A stretch of 63,603 nucleotides of DNA, counting the filler, from Craspedostauros australis (Eukaryota), in the NCBI GenBank assembly GCA_030167865.1. It is 10 parts of 10 records of this genome, joined end to end, with 100 filler letters (N's around TTAATTAATTAA, not from the genome) between each part and the next. Parts side by side here need not be neighbours in the genome. Positions count along the whole stretch, not along the records: positions 1 to 5,962 come from JALAGF010003891.1; positions 6,063 to 8,114 come from JALAGF010003893.1; positions 8,215 to 18,864 come from JALAGF010003895.1; 7 more parts are not named here. The stretch is one strand, 5' to 3'. The notes under the pieces are model-generated. The model had not been told where the DNA came from. It ran no database searches and saw nothing but the letters and a program-made list of their open reading frames with translations. The translations under genes and the position numbers were made by a program. Of the stretch, positions 1 through 11,223 are shown piece by piece. The stretch's first letter is position 1. Each line of letters opens with the position of its first letter.

Positions 1-1023
1 AGCCAGTACGTCGTCAAAGGTGCTGGCTGACCTCATGGACATATCAGCAAATGAACCTTTCCTCGCAATTGATCTCGCGTCTGCACCATTCTCCATCATA
101 CCATCCATGCTTTGGTTTTGTAGCCAGCGTTCAGTCGCATCCATGCTGCCTTCGTTGTCCTGCACGAATAGCGAAGATAGCTCAGGAATTGCCTTGCACA
201 AGAGTTCCAAGCGCTTTGAATCCACTCTGCGACGGATCATCGTCATGACGCGCTGATATTCCCCGACGTCCTCGGACGCAGAGATCCGACCAAAGAAGTT
301 CGAGAGTGCATCGGCAATTCCTGAAAGATTGCCGCCTGCGTTGTACTGATCATATTTCCCCTTTCCGAAGTGGCATGGAGGAGCCTGTCGTCTTCGCTTC
401 TTCGTTGCCGTGGCACCCCCCTGTTGACCGCAGCATGAATCGGTTGCGGTTCCCTTCATGTGCGCCGATCCGTCTTTCCGTGATGCAGCATGCTCGTCCT
501 CGTCCTCGTTGAGACCGTCCAAGAAGCGGTCCACCAACGCCGATTTGCCCGTGCCAGAGTAGCCGTGAATGAGAACAACCTGAGCTACCCGATTGCTGGC
601 GCCATCCTGCTCTGAGGCTTTCGATGGCTTGCGGCACATTCGCTCGTAGATGGAGTTCAACCGTTCCAACTCATCTTCGCGTCCAATGAAGGCATCGAAA
701 CGGAATTTCTTCTCATCAGTCAAGTGGTTGTCATCAGCCCTTCGGTGGCCACCATCACTGCCGTCGTCGTCAACAGACCCATCGTCCCCATCGTTCTTGT
801 GAAACTGGCTTCCATGCGCGATCTTATCCGTCGTCGCACTATCAGATTCCTTGGTGACGCGTGGTTCCACGTCTTCGCCCTCGTCCTCCTGCTTGCGTGG
901 ATAGAGGTTCCTCTGGCTCTGTGACGATCGTTCCGCTGTGTGAAGCTTCCGGGAGCTTAACCGCGAGTGACCAGAGTGGTCAATCGGTCGGAACGACGGC
1001 ACAGTCGTTGTTGAGTGGCGCAT
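1..1023 (-). CDS. STAND-class P-loop NTPase (SWACOS/COG3899-like), paralog A; 3' end runs off the window
   Basis: Not in the ORF track (no stop inside the window). Manual translation from ATG 1023 is open to position 1 and gives FIGREDELERL, Walker A VLIHGYSGTGKSALVDRFL (GYSGTGKS at 541-564) and GKYDQY, matching the three other paralogs in the window. Confidence 0.85.
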   Translation of the reverse strand, partial: MRHSTTTVPSFRPIDHSGHSRLSSRKLHTAERSSQSQRNLYPRKQEDEGEDVEPRVTKESDSATTDKIAHGSQFHKNDGDDGSVDDDGSDGGHRRADDNHLTDEKKFRFDAFIGREDELERLNSIYERMCRKPSKASEQDGASNRVAQVVLIHGYSGTGKSALVDRFLDGLNEDEDEHAASRKDGSAHMKGTATDSCCGQQGGATATKKRRRQAPPCHFGKGKYDQYNAGGNLSGIADALSNFFGRISASEDVGEYQRVMTMIRRRVDSKRLELLCKAIPELSSLFVQDNEGSMDATERWLQNQSMDGMMENGADARSIARKGSFADMSMRSASTFDDVLA

Positions 1024-1930
1024 GGTCTGGACGAGTGCATTTGGACCGATGAATGTGTGTCGGCTCTGCTTGATTGATGGATTGATTGTGAGTGTGCCTC
1101 CCTCTCACACAAAACATGCTGTATGTATGACTATCGATCTGTCCACTCGGCTCTGTCTGTCGCAAATGCACGCGCCAACCGTGGAAGAGTGACTTCGCAG
1201 TGCTCGCTTTCATCTGTCTGCGTCCACGTGCGGATGCGTTGGTTGGTGTTGTTTTATGGCAATGAGCCAATTGCGCTTAGCCCGCGTGGTTGCGCGGGTC
1301 TGCGCGTATTTTCTGAGGTTGCAGGAGCGACTCACGAAGCTGTAGGAGTGGAGAAAGGAGTTTGTGGTCTGTCCGTTTCGCTTCTCGTCGCCTTTCTTCC
1401 ATCTTCGATGTTGTCTGGCACGTTCCTAAAGCGCCGTAACATAAGTAGTCGTGTCACATGAGACGAACATGGACAGTGATACGGACACAAACTAATCCTG
1501 AAAAGACTCACAAATAGCCTCTTTAGACAGAAATCTACTCTACCAAAATCACCCCGTGAGTGACCCGCCGCCGACAATGACCAAAAGATACCTTTCTTGG
1601 TGGCTCCTTGTTGGCGATCTCTGCGTCCTTCACTTTCCTCCACCCGTTCGCTCTTGGTGCAACATGGTGGCGGAACCTCGTCGTATCTGTATCTCGTATT
1701 TCAGGAGCCCAAGCGGAGGCGGTGGGCTTCAGGTGAAGGAAACGGATCGGCGTGCGACAACGAGTTGACCCATCGTGAACTCACCGATTGAAGTGATTGG
1801 GAGTCTCACAGCATGTTGCTCGTCTCGCGTATGTACCAGAGCGCGCACTTGGATTCTACTCCTGTACGGCTGCTGCGCTTCTTGGAAGTTGCGCATCTAT
1901 GAATATTGTTACGGCTTCGGTGCTGTCGGA

Positions 1931-4900
1931 TCAAGCAGAAGCATCCGTCAACACGGACATGTCGTCATCGCTATTCACGCCATCAGCGTCGTTGCCATCC
2001 TGATTTGCGGGGTGCCCTGGCTCGCCGGACACGTGCGACACTCCACTCTCTTTCTCGGCGGTGCCCCCATACACGGATTCCTGTGCTAGCGTGGAGACAT
2101 GATTGCCAACGCTGGAACTGTTTTGCCATCTGGGCGCTGACCCGTCCAACAGCAGAGTAACAGCTGCATACCCAGCGTTGTTGTTGCTGTTGCTGTTGCT
2201 GCTGTTGGGCATGTCGATATCCACGATCCTCCTGCCGTCCTTCGCGTTCTTCGATTGGATAGTTGCTGCATTCCTGTTTACCAGATACTGCAACCGCCGT
2301 TCTTGGATGTCTTCAGCCTTGATCGTGCAGCCCCATTCCGTGTAAAATTCCACGGCACGTGTCATGAACTTGCAAATCGATTCGTGAAGTGCGGCCTTCA
2401 AAGTCTGAGTGCCAGTGTTGGACGTGTGGCGCGAAAGGCCATCGGCCGCTCGGATCAGGTACTCGGCCGCATTCTCGCAACCGATGGCGCAATAGTGGGT
2501 CAAGGAGGCCCGCTCGGCCACGACGATGGCCACACCGTAGGCCTCTTCCGTGCGACGGATTATGTCGCGATTCGACTTGATATCCTTCAAAGACAGCCGC
2601 TCGGCCTTGAGCAACTGGAAGAGGCTTGTCGCGTTGCATCCCTTGGTGGCCACCAGGTTTCTGGCCGCTGCGACTTGCTTCTTCAGCTCTCTCTTGTACT
2701 TGGCCTTGCCCGTGATGCGGCACAAGGCGGACGATGCAAGGCCTCGTCCAAGGATGACCGTGGTCTCAAAATAGTAGCTCTTGCTGTGGCCCGACAATCC
2801 GCCGTACAGCTTCGTCATTCGCTGTGCAAGTTCGTATCGTCGGAACAGAACTGCTAGCAGTGGAAGGCCGGAGTAGGTGACCACGAGGCGGTGGACTTCC
2901 TTTGGGTCTGCCGCGCTTTCTTCCATGTCGCGCTGCAGGTTGCCGTCGATATCTTCCCACTCAATCGATTCAGCTCCAGTCAATAGCTTGGAGACCGTCA
3001 ACAGTGCGATGAACATGTCATTGTTGAAAGTCACGTTGTACACTTTCGACTGTTCGATCGCGTTTTCGAGCGCCTTCACCAACGGCCCGAGCTTGTATCC
3101 GAAGTAGAACGCCTCGGCGTTGCGGATTTGCAGATTCAGCAACCCTATCTCAAAATCGCCAACCTCCATGGCAAGCGCGTGCCCTCTTTCCAACAGCTTG
3201 ATGCATGTATCAAATGGTTCAGTGTAAGGATAAATCACGCCTCCTGTGATGGCACAAACGCCGCTGATTTGTTCCTGCCCACCGGCCCGAGACAACAGCC
3301 GGTGGCCGAGATTCGCACACCTCAGCACCAACGTGCGTTCTGCGTTGGTAAAGTCAAAGATGATGCCAAGCGTGGCAAAGGACGCGGCTGATTCTTCGCC
3401 GATGCCATGATTCATGGTCATGCGGACCTGCCGCAACATATAAACGAGCCATTGCAACAAATCGCCCGTGAAGTATGACCGGACACCGATCTCCGCCACG
3501 AACTTCATCGCCATCGTTCTCTGATGACTCTGTTGCACTGGTAGATTTAGGATGTCCTCGTTGGTGTTGTTCTTCATGAATGATTTGATTTGGAAGAGGT
3601 CATTCGCAATACGAAGAAGATAGAATCTCTTTGGACGTTCACCCAGTTTGCTTGCAATGGACAGGCTCAGCTTCAATGATTCCGTGGTTTTGTTTTCTCT
3701 TCCCAATGCCTTGGCCATGGCGAGGTTCGTTGGCAGCTTATCATCCAGCGTCCGAGCTCTGCTGATGAGCTCCTTCGCTACCTTGTATCCAAGCTCGGAG
3801 TTCCCCAGCGACAGCTCGACCTCGGATCGGCATCGGAAGAGCTCCAGACAAAGCTTGTAGTGCTCCTCCCAAGGATTGCGGACGCGCTGCAGTTCGCTGG
3901 TCGCTTTTTGCAGATATGTCGCAGCCGATGCCAATGCGCCCATCTGAAGCGCCTTCTTTCCAACCTCGATGTTGAAGGTAACCAGGAAGAGATGATCCTT
4001 GCTCTGTGTGCTGTTGAGGTGGTCGGCAGCAATGAAGAGCAAGCCATCGACGTCCCTGATCATATGGCCCGGATGACGGCTGAGGTCAATCTCAATGTCA
4101 ACGTCAATGGCGATGGCAAGGTCAGCGCCCTGATGCTCGTCGTGAGTAGAATCGTTGGCGACCATTGTCGGAGCTCCTTGGGGCGCATCTTGGTGCTCAA
4201 TCGGTGTCAAGAGTGAGTTTGACTTCTGGTAGATGAGCAGAAGGCAGTGGCCTATTTGCGATCGGAGCTTGTCCCGCATCTCACCGAAAGGGATCAATCC
4301 ATGAGCCGCTTGTTGGACGCGATCATGAGCAAAATGATAGCGATCCTCGCCGATAGAGTTGGTCACAAGGCCTTCTAGGAGAGCTCTCTCGAGGACCAAG
4401 CGCAGTCGATTGCCGGTCCACGGTGTTGGCTCTGTGGAGAGGTCTACCTCCGAAGTCTTCGTGGCTGTGCTATTATTGCTGTCGCCAAACGGCACGTCCA
4501 ACCCACCATGATCGTCAAGATACCGAAGCACGGCTTGAAGCACGTTCAAATCAAATGTTGATCGGATGTATGCCGCAACCGACAGAGCATGCTGTAGATC
4601 ACGCGGCAGATGCTTCAGTTGCAGCTCGATGATGGCGACGATGTTGTCGCCGATTGGAAGCTCGCCGTTGCCATCATGGAGAGATTCGCTTAGATCCCAC
4701 TCCCATCGCTGCGAGATGCGATTGTGGATGATGATGCCCCTCCTCTTGAGTTCCTCGATGGCCTGGAGCGTGAAGTACACGTTGCCGTGTGTTTTGTTGT
4801 GGATCTTGGATGCCAGCTGCTTGAGGCCATCATCATCGCGGGATCGACGAAGAAGATGGGACAACCAGTGGATGCAGTCCAGTAAAGACAGATCGACAAT

Positions 4901-5962
4901 GGTGATCTGCTCAAGGTTTTTACTGCTTCCATTGCTGCGAATTGCTGTGTTTGTGTGAAGCAACCGATCCAGGAATGATCTCTGCAAGGGTGCGTCCGGT
5001 GACATTTCCACTGCTTGGTGGTTATGAGGGTCGGTCTCCTGGCGGACGGCGCCCAGCAACATGAAATTGCGGAGATCGCTGTCCATGAGCAGTGATGCCA
5101 GAAGCTCCAAGCCAGCGGCAGACGACCACTGCAAATCGTCAAGGAAGAGGTAGGCTGGCCGTTGCGGAGTGGAGATGGCCTTCACGAACTGGATGAAGAT
5201 GTAACAGAGCCGGTTCCATGCGCCCTGCGAGTTGCCGCCTGTGGATGCGGTGTTGTTCGGGCTGGTGTTGGTGCCCAACGCATCGGACGTGAAAAGGGCG
5301 TCGGCACTGTCGCTAGCCGTTGATCCATTCTCCGTGATGGCACCAACCGCGGTGCGAGCATCGCGATTGCTGGCTGCAGTACGTTGCACGATTGCTGCGG
5401 GTGCAGAGGAAGAGCCTGTTGCGACACTTGCTGATGATCTGATAGCGTTGGGGAGGAGGATGGATAGTGAAGGCACAACGGCAACCAAAGTACGCAAGGC
5501 GGAATGACTATACTTTGCCATACCGTGATGCGCCTGGCCGATCGAGCAGTCATCAGTGAGGTCATTGTCGTTGGAGCCTGCGACGCCGTCGTCGGAACAG
5601 AACGTAGCTTGCACAGACTGTTGAATCCGTCGCAGCTCTTCGAAAGGTCCATTTCGGAGTTGCGTTGCGAACTCATCCAATGCTTGGATGATAGCGGAGA
5701 AGGGATCCTTGCCAGCTGCGTATTCGTCGTATTTCCCGCGCAGCACATAGCAGCATGAGCATCGTTGAATCGCACGTTGTGATAGTTGTTGCTGGTGATG
5801 ATCCTCTGGTCTTGACGTCGATGCGAGTGCTGCTGTAGGCATCGACTGTTTGGATTGATGCCTGCCTCCGCAGAAGCAGCAGCAATGATCCAGAAAATGG
5901 CTGATCAGCTGTGACTTGCCGGTCCCGCTTGTTCCCCAAACCAACGCGGCTGGGAAGGTGGG
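1931..5962 (-). CDS. STAND-class P-loop NTPase (SWACOS/COG3899-like), paralog B; 5' truncated by gap
   Basis: 1337+ aa ORF: Walker A GTSGTGKS, GKYDEY..PFSAI, Walker B LFLDDLQW, THGNVYF, YHFAHDRVQQAA, long helical C-terminal region ending near EWG; frame is open up to the gap. Confidence 0.9.
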   Translation of the reverse strand, partial: PTFPAALVWGTSGTGKSQLISHFLDHCCCFCGGRHQSKQSMPTAALASTSRPEDHHQQQLSQRAIQRCSCCYVLRGKYDEYAAGKDPFSAIIQALDEFATQLRNGPFEELRRIQQSVQATFCSDDGVAGSNDNDLTDDCSIGQAHHGMAKYSHSALRTLVAVVPSLSILLPNAIRSSASVATGSSSAPAAIVQRTAASNRDARTAVGAITENGSTASDSADALFTSDALGTNTSPNNTASTGGNSQGAWNRLCYIFIQFVKAISTPQRPAYLFLDDLQWSSAAGLELLASLLMDSDLRNFMLLGAVRQETDPHNHQAVEMSPDAPLQRSFLDRLLHTNTAIRSNGSSKNLEQITIVDLSLLDCIHWLSHLLRRSRDDDGLKQLASKIHNKTHGNVYFTLQAIEELKRRGIIIHNRISQRWEWDLSESLHDGNGELPIGDNIVAIIELQLKHLPRDLQHALSVAAYIRSTFDLNVLQAVLRYLDDHGGLDVPFGDSNNSTATKTSEVDLSTEPTPWTGNRLRLVLERALLEGLVTNSIGEDRYHFAHDRVQQAAHGLIPFGEMRDKLRSQIGHCLLLIYQKSNSLLTPIEHQDAPQGAPTMVANDSTHDEHQGADLAIAIDVDIEIDLSRHPGHMIRDVDGLLFIAADHLNSTQSKDHLFLVTFNIEVGKKALQMGALASAATYLQKATSELQRVRNPWEEHYKLCLELFRCRSEVELSLGNSELGYKVAKELISRARTLDDKLPTNLAMAKALGRENKTTESLKLSLSIASKLGERPKRFYLLRIANDLFQIKSFMKNNTNEDILNLPVQQSHQRTMAMKFVAEIGVRSYFTGDLLQWLVYMLRQVRMTMNHGIGEESAASFATLGIIFDFTNAERTLVLRCANLGHRLLSRAGGQEQISGVCAITGGVIYPYTEPFDTCIKLLERGHALAMEVGDFEIGLLNLQIRNAEAFYFGYKLGPLVKALENAIEQSKVYNVTFNNDMFIALLTVSKLLTGAESIEWEDIDGNLQRDMEESAADPKEVHRLVVTYSGLPLLAVLFRRYELAQRMTKLYGGLSGHSKSYYFETTVILGRGLASSALCRITGKAKYKRELKKQVAAARNLVATKGCNATSLFQLLKAERLSLKDIKSNRDIIRRTEEAYGVAIVVAERASLTHYCAIGCENAAEYLIRAADGLSRHTSNTGTQTLKAALHESICKFMTRAVEFYTEWGCTIKAEDIQERRLQYLVNRNAATIQSKNAKDGRRIVDIDMPNSSNSNSNNNAGYAAVTLLLDGSAPRWQNSSSVGNHVSTLAQESVYGGTAEKESGVSHVSGEPGHPANQDGNDADGVNSDDDMSVLTDASA

Positions 5963-6006
5963 NNNNNNNNNNNNNNNNNNNNNNNNNNNNNNNNNNNNNN
6001 NNNNNN

Positions 6007-6018
6007 TTAATTAATTAA
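6007..6018. other. Artificial contig spacer TTAATTAATTAA in N runs (also 8159, 18909, 24302, 44260, 54702, 56294, 57757, 59289)
   Basis: Identical palindromic 12-mer with stops in all six frames, each flanked by 44 N on both sides. Confidence 0.97.
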
Positions 6019-6062
6019 NNNNNNNNNNNNNNNNNNNNNNNNNNNNNNNNNNNNNNNNNNNN

Positions 6063-8114
6063 CCCACTTCCAAAGCCAAACGACATCTTCGACTTGCCAT
6101 CGCCTGCCGATCCAGCACCACCACCTCCTCCAAACAAAGATGATGAGGGTGGTGGTGGTGGCGGCGGCGGTACCTTGGATGAAGCTGCGGATGTTGCAGA
6201 GAGAGCCCCGAAACTGAATCCACCTGACCCAATCGCGCCTCCACCACTACTCGCACCGCCAAAGGAGAAACCACTTTGACCAATACCAGACGATGATGAT
6301 CCACTCTCCTTTGCTTTGCTTTCCTTGTTCGCCTTCTTAGATCCTGGGCGCACCGTCTCGCAGGCTGCACACTCCGTTGCTGTGCCGCTGTTGCGAACAG
6401 AGCATACGTCACACTTCCAGCTATCCTTGTCCAACTTGAAAGTATCGCCCCAGCCCGACACAGCGCCAGAGCCTCCACTTGTCGCCGTTTCTGGGGCTTC
6501 GCCACCACCACCAGTAACATCATCATCGTCGTCGTCGTCGTCATCTGATTCATCGCCTGCGAACAGCCAGTTCACATACCAATCCAAGAACGGTTCCTTG
6601 TCGATCCTGTCCGATCCTGATGCAGATCCGCGCAGCTTCTTCATCGGCTTGCGGAACTCCTCTTCACCATACGTTGACCCCAGTGCCTTGAACAGCTTCG
6701 GGAACTCGGAAAAGCCCACCTTGCCATCTGATCCTGCCATCTCTGTGAATGCTGCAGAAGCGGATTGCCGTTCTTCTTCTCGTTCGGCTCTTTCATCGGA
6801 GTCCAACGAGTCAGCGTCGTCATCATCGCCGGACTTCTTGGCGCCACCATCGAGCAGCTTGCTGTACCAAGAGATGAAGGCATCTCGTGTGACATTTCCT
6901 GTCTTGTTGGGATCGATGAGTGCGACTTGCTCATCGAACTCATCGCCGCTGAATCCTTCACCGAGGGCATCGATCATGTCTTCGATCTTGTCGATGGGGA
7001 TGATGCCAGTCTTGTTGGTGTCGAATTCGTTGAAGATGTTGTTGGCGGGGATCGCGTTGGGAGGGATCGTTGACGGAGGTGTCGGAGCAACAATAGACTT
7101 GGTTTCCTTCACCGGTGTTGTTGATGATGCTCCGCCGAAGCTGAATCCGGTTGAAGCGCCGAAGATGCTCTTGCCATCAGAAGCTGACGCAGGTGCTGCA
7201 CCAAACGAAAATCCACCACCACTGCTCGCCCCACTTCCAAAGCCAAACGACATCTTCGACTTGCCATCGCCTGCCGATCCAGCACCACCACCTCCTCCAA
7301 ACAAAGATGATGAGGGTGGTGGTGGTGGCGGCGGCGGTACCTTGGATGAAGCTGCGGATGTTGCAGAGAGAGCCCCGAAACTGAATCCACCTGACCCAAT
7401 CGCGCCTCCACCACTACTCGCACCGCCAAAGGAGAAACCACTTTGACCAATACCAGACGATGATGATCCACTCTCCTTTGCTTTGCTTTCCTTGTTCGCC
7501 TTCTTAGATCCTGGGCGCACCGTCTCGCAGGCTGCACACTCCGTTGCTGTGCCGCTGTTGCGAACAGAGCATACGTCACACTTCCAGCTATCCTTGTCCA
7601 ACTTGAAAGTATCGCCCCAGCCCGACACAGCGCCAGAGCCTCCACTTGTCGCCGTTTCTGGGGCTTCGCCACCACCACCAGTAACATCATCATCGTCGTC
7701 GTCGTCGTCATCTGATTCATCGCCTGCGAACAGCCAGTTCACATACCAATCCAAGAACGGTTCCTTGTCGATCCTGTCCGATCCTGATGCAGATCCGCGC
7801 AGCTTCTTCATCGGCTTGCGGAACTCCTCTTCACCATACGTTGACCCCAGTGCCTTGAACAGCTTCGGGAACTCGGAAAAGCCCACCTTGCCATCTGATC
7901 CTGCCATCTCTGTGAATGCTGCAGAAGCGGATTGCCGTTCTTCTTCTCGTTCGGCTCTTTCATCGGAGTCCAACGAGTCAGCGTCGTCATCATCGCCGGA
8001 CTTCTTGGCGCCACCATCGAGCAGCTTGCTGTACCAAGAGATGAAGGCATCTCGTGTGACATTTCCTGTCTTGTTGGGATCGATGAGTGCGACTTGCTCA
8101 TCGAACTCATCGCC
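6063..8114 (-). CDS. FG-repeat nucleoporin-like protein with RanBP2-type zinc fingers and EF-hand-like motifs (internal fragment, both ends in gaps)
   Basis: WKCDVCSVRNSGTATECAACETVRP (RanBP2 W-x-C-x2-C-x3-N-x6-C-x2-C) twice; many GFSFG/SLFG repeats; EF-hand-like loops DTNKTGIIPIDK, DPNKTGNVTRDAF, GSDGKVGFSEF, SGSDRIDKEPF. Confidence 0.8.
6063..8114. repeat. Direct tandem repeat, 1167-bp unit (389 codons), about 1.76 copies
   Basis: 6063-6947 recurs at 7230-8114 with no differences that I could see; ORF-track entries repeat at a 1167 offset (6316/7483, 6765/7932). Confidence 0.9.
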
Positions 8115-8214
8115 NNNNNNNNNNNNNNNNNNNNNNNNNNNNNNNNNNNNNNNNNNNNTTAATTAATTAANNNNNNNNNNNNNNNNNNNNNNNNNNNNNN
8201 NNNNNNNNNNNNNN

Positions 8215-9743
8215 GAGATCCTTGCCGAACGGTAGGTTGGCGAGAGACCATGTTGGAAAGTCAAAGTACATGGAATGGAAGGACATGGAGTAGGTGTCGG
8301 TGGTGTTCCCATTCATTTTGGTCTTGCCCGATTTGTGGTCGCGTTGGGATTGTTTGGATTCCTGCAGGTCTTCGCCTAGTTCTGGTGGCGTCGCGTCAGG
8401 CGGTGTGACGACGAGTCGTTCAAAGAATGTGGCGGCTGGGAAACTGAGAAAGTGCATACGATGATGATGATGATGATGATGAAGGAGAGTGGTGGATTGT
8501 ACAGATGCAAGTGCAAGTATGCGTGCATGTAGGAGCAATGGAATAGAATGATGAGCTAACGTGAGGATGGATGGGGACGGGGCTCAACATTCCATAAAGC
8601 AATTCGGCAAGTGCACGCACAAAATGCACGCACAAAACACGGTACGTACACAATATGCGGTTTCTCCGTGTCATCTCCAACGGAATAATGAATGGATGCG
8701 TTGAAACTGCGCAGCAGTTGCAGGAGCGCACCGCAAATACCGTTCGCGATGAGGCCGAGCTTCTTGGGCTTGGAGATTTCCATCCCAGCAAACAGCTCAC
8801 CGTCCGGCTGAACCTTGAATCGGCCTTGCAGTTGCATGATGACGCGTCGTTTCTTATTGGAAAAGATGCGCTGATTCTAGTAGGGATCATTCTTTTCTGG
8901 ATTGCTGGGCCGCAAGATGAATAGAAGCTTGCCGACGAAGAGATCCGTTTCGATGGGGACAGCTTGGGTGGTGTTGGGTGGGAGCGGTATTTGGCTGCTG
9001 ACATCCAATTTGAGGGTTGGGAAGAGATGTCGCTGCAGGGCCGCGTTGCGTTTGCGCGGCGTCATGATCGTTGAGGCCGCCGCTGCCGCCGTAGCTGTGG
9101 TCGCAGATGTCGTTGTGGAGAATGGTCGATTATGGTTGTCGCTGTTGTTGTTGTTGGGATCCACACCCGCTTCGGCCTCTGCGCCCAAACTCTGCAACGA
9201 GAGAGAAGCGCGTGTCGTGATGTAGACACTGTCATTGTCACTGGTTGCCAATGATGACGTGGTCTGTTGCGTGTCCAGCATACCGGCGGAACCTGCATTG
9301 GTGCTGTTGGAGGGCAGCGATTGAGTGGCGACCATCGCGACGAAGTCGAAGCGCACGTCCGACGACGAGGCCCACAATGCGGGTGATGCGACTGTGACAT
9401 GTGAACCACTCGGCAACATGATGTTGAGGAAATGGATGGCGTCTTCCTGCGTTGATGTTGGTTTGGATTGCTGCAGTACGATGATGGATGGCGCTTTGTC
9501 GATGTTCTCCTTGACGCAATGCAGTATGTCGCCGTCCACATAAATGACGGCCGCCGCCCCCTTCGATGGTTTGGACCGGTGGGCGATGATGAGAACATTG
9601 CGTTCGTCGACGAATAATTGATGCGTGTCGGTGGACTCCACTCGGAAGGACGATGGGAGGATTCGGTGCAATACGTCTGCATCGTTGGGGACGTTCTTCG
9701 ATCCCAGTACGGACACTTGTGAAGGATTGGCAGCGACCATCAT
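8215..9743 (-). pseudogene. DUF1769-like gene with an in-frame TAG (8877-8879); intron 8444-8649; 3' end in gap
   Basis: Reading through the stop and splicing GTACGT..CTCAG gives the continuous PIETDLFVGKLLFILRP..DPY*NQRIFSNKKRRVIMQLQGRFK..IHYSVGD..KPHIVFPAATFFERLVVTPP..PPELG..TYSMSFHSMYFDFPTW, which I recognise as DUF1769-like. Confidence 0.65.
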
Positions 9744-11223
9744 TGTTCTTGCGTTTGTTGGTCTGCTGCTCTGTTGCTATTTTACATTCGTTCGATGCCA
9801 GATTTGTTCGATCTTTGATGTGATGATCGCGCGAAACAAGAAGGAGTGCATCGTCTGGCAGCTTGCGTGATCTGGTTTGGTCTTCTTTGCTCTGTGGCAG
9901 TGATCTGAGTGATGTGTGGGAAGGCCATCGTTGGTGTGGTGCGATGTGACGTGATGAGGTGCTTGCGCATTGTCAAGTCATGGAATCTTTGATGCCTTTG
10001 TTTTGTCAGAACGGGAACCTCCTCTCTTGGATGGAGGTGTGGAGGCATAGTCGTACGAGTGAGCCGTCAATCACTTGCAGATGAGCTACCCGTGGAAGGA
10101 GTATGGTGCGTCAGGTGCGAAATGGTGCTTGTGGGCACGCACAACTATTCGTTGTCGTACGGCCATGGAGGTGTGAGTGTAGTATCCGCACCCTCGTTGA
10201 CACCATCTTCGTCTCGTTTCGTGTGTCGTTGTTGGTTGTTTGCCAACAAAGTTTGACGTCCTCGTTTCCACACGTGTCTGTACGTGACCCAATGTGTTTA
10301 TGGGACTCATTTCGTGTCGAATGTTCGAGTGAGTCAATCAATAGTCCGTGGTCGTAACTCGCACCATGTGAATAGACCTCACTGTGTGCTGTTGGAAGCA
10401 AAGGGCGGCACGAGCCCTGCAATGGATGGATGTACTATCGACACAGAGTAGTCGTTGCTATTAGTCTCACCATTACCAATGATATCGCTATCGCTAGATA
10501 TGGATGTGGATATTGGTGGGGTGTATCGTTAATGCCGTCATCGTCAATCTTGCGGATCCATCTGCACTCCCCGCCTCTCCTCTACATGCAATTGCTGGTT
10601 GCAACTAGCAAGCTCTCGTGTCATCTCCTTCCTCCGGTGCGACTAGCCTGGTTCGGTGTTGTGCCCACGCAGCAAAACATGACGCAAAACAACGAGGAGA
10701 TCAAACACGCTGATTGAACAACAAACCAGGGAGGAATGAATGAGGAAACGAATGAGGAAACCAACCAACGAGAGGAAGGATCGATCACGCACCATCTAGT
10801 CACGGTTGGGACAATCCCCCAAACACACACCTGTTCCCATGTGAAATACGACATGCAGTGGGGGAAAACAAGAGAGCCAAGCTTATCAAGCTGTGTCTGG
10901 AGAGAGAGAGAGAGAGAGAACGAGCTTTCTTGTCTTGGGCTACCCCTTGCGGGATTCGAAAGGGTTCACAGCTGCCGCCACAGACACAGGCAGCTGCACT
11001 CTCCACTGCACTTCATTGGAAAGAAAAAAGGAACGGCATTGCATCGCATGCCACAGCGGGTTGTATTCTATAACGTTGTACTCCAAACGAGAGTGCGTCA
11101 AGTCTGATGGCACCAATCTTGTGCTATGTAGTGCTGCAGTCATCACATTCGTGCGAGTTGTTCGTATTCGCAGGTGCACCAGCACCCGTAGTCGTTGCAC
11201 TCGTGCTGCAATATCTTGTTTAC

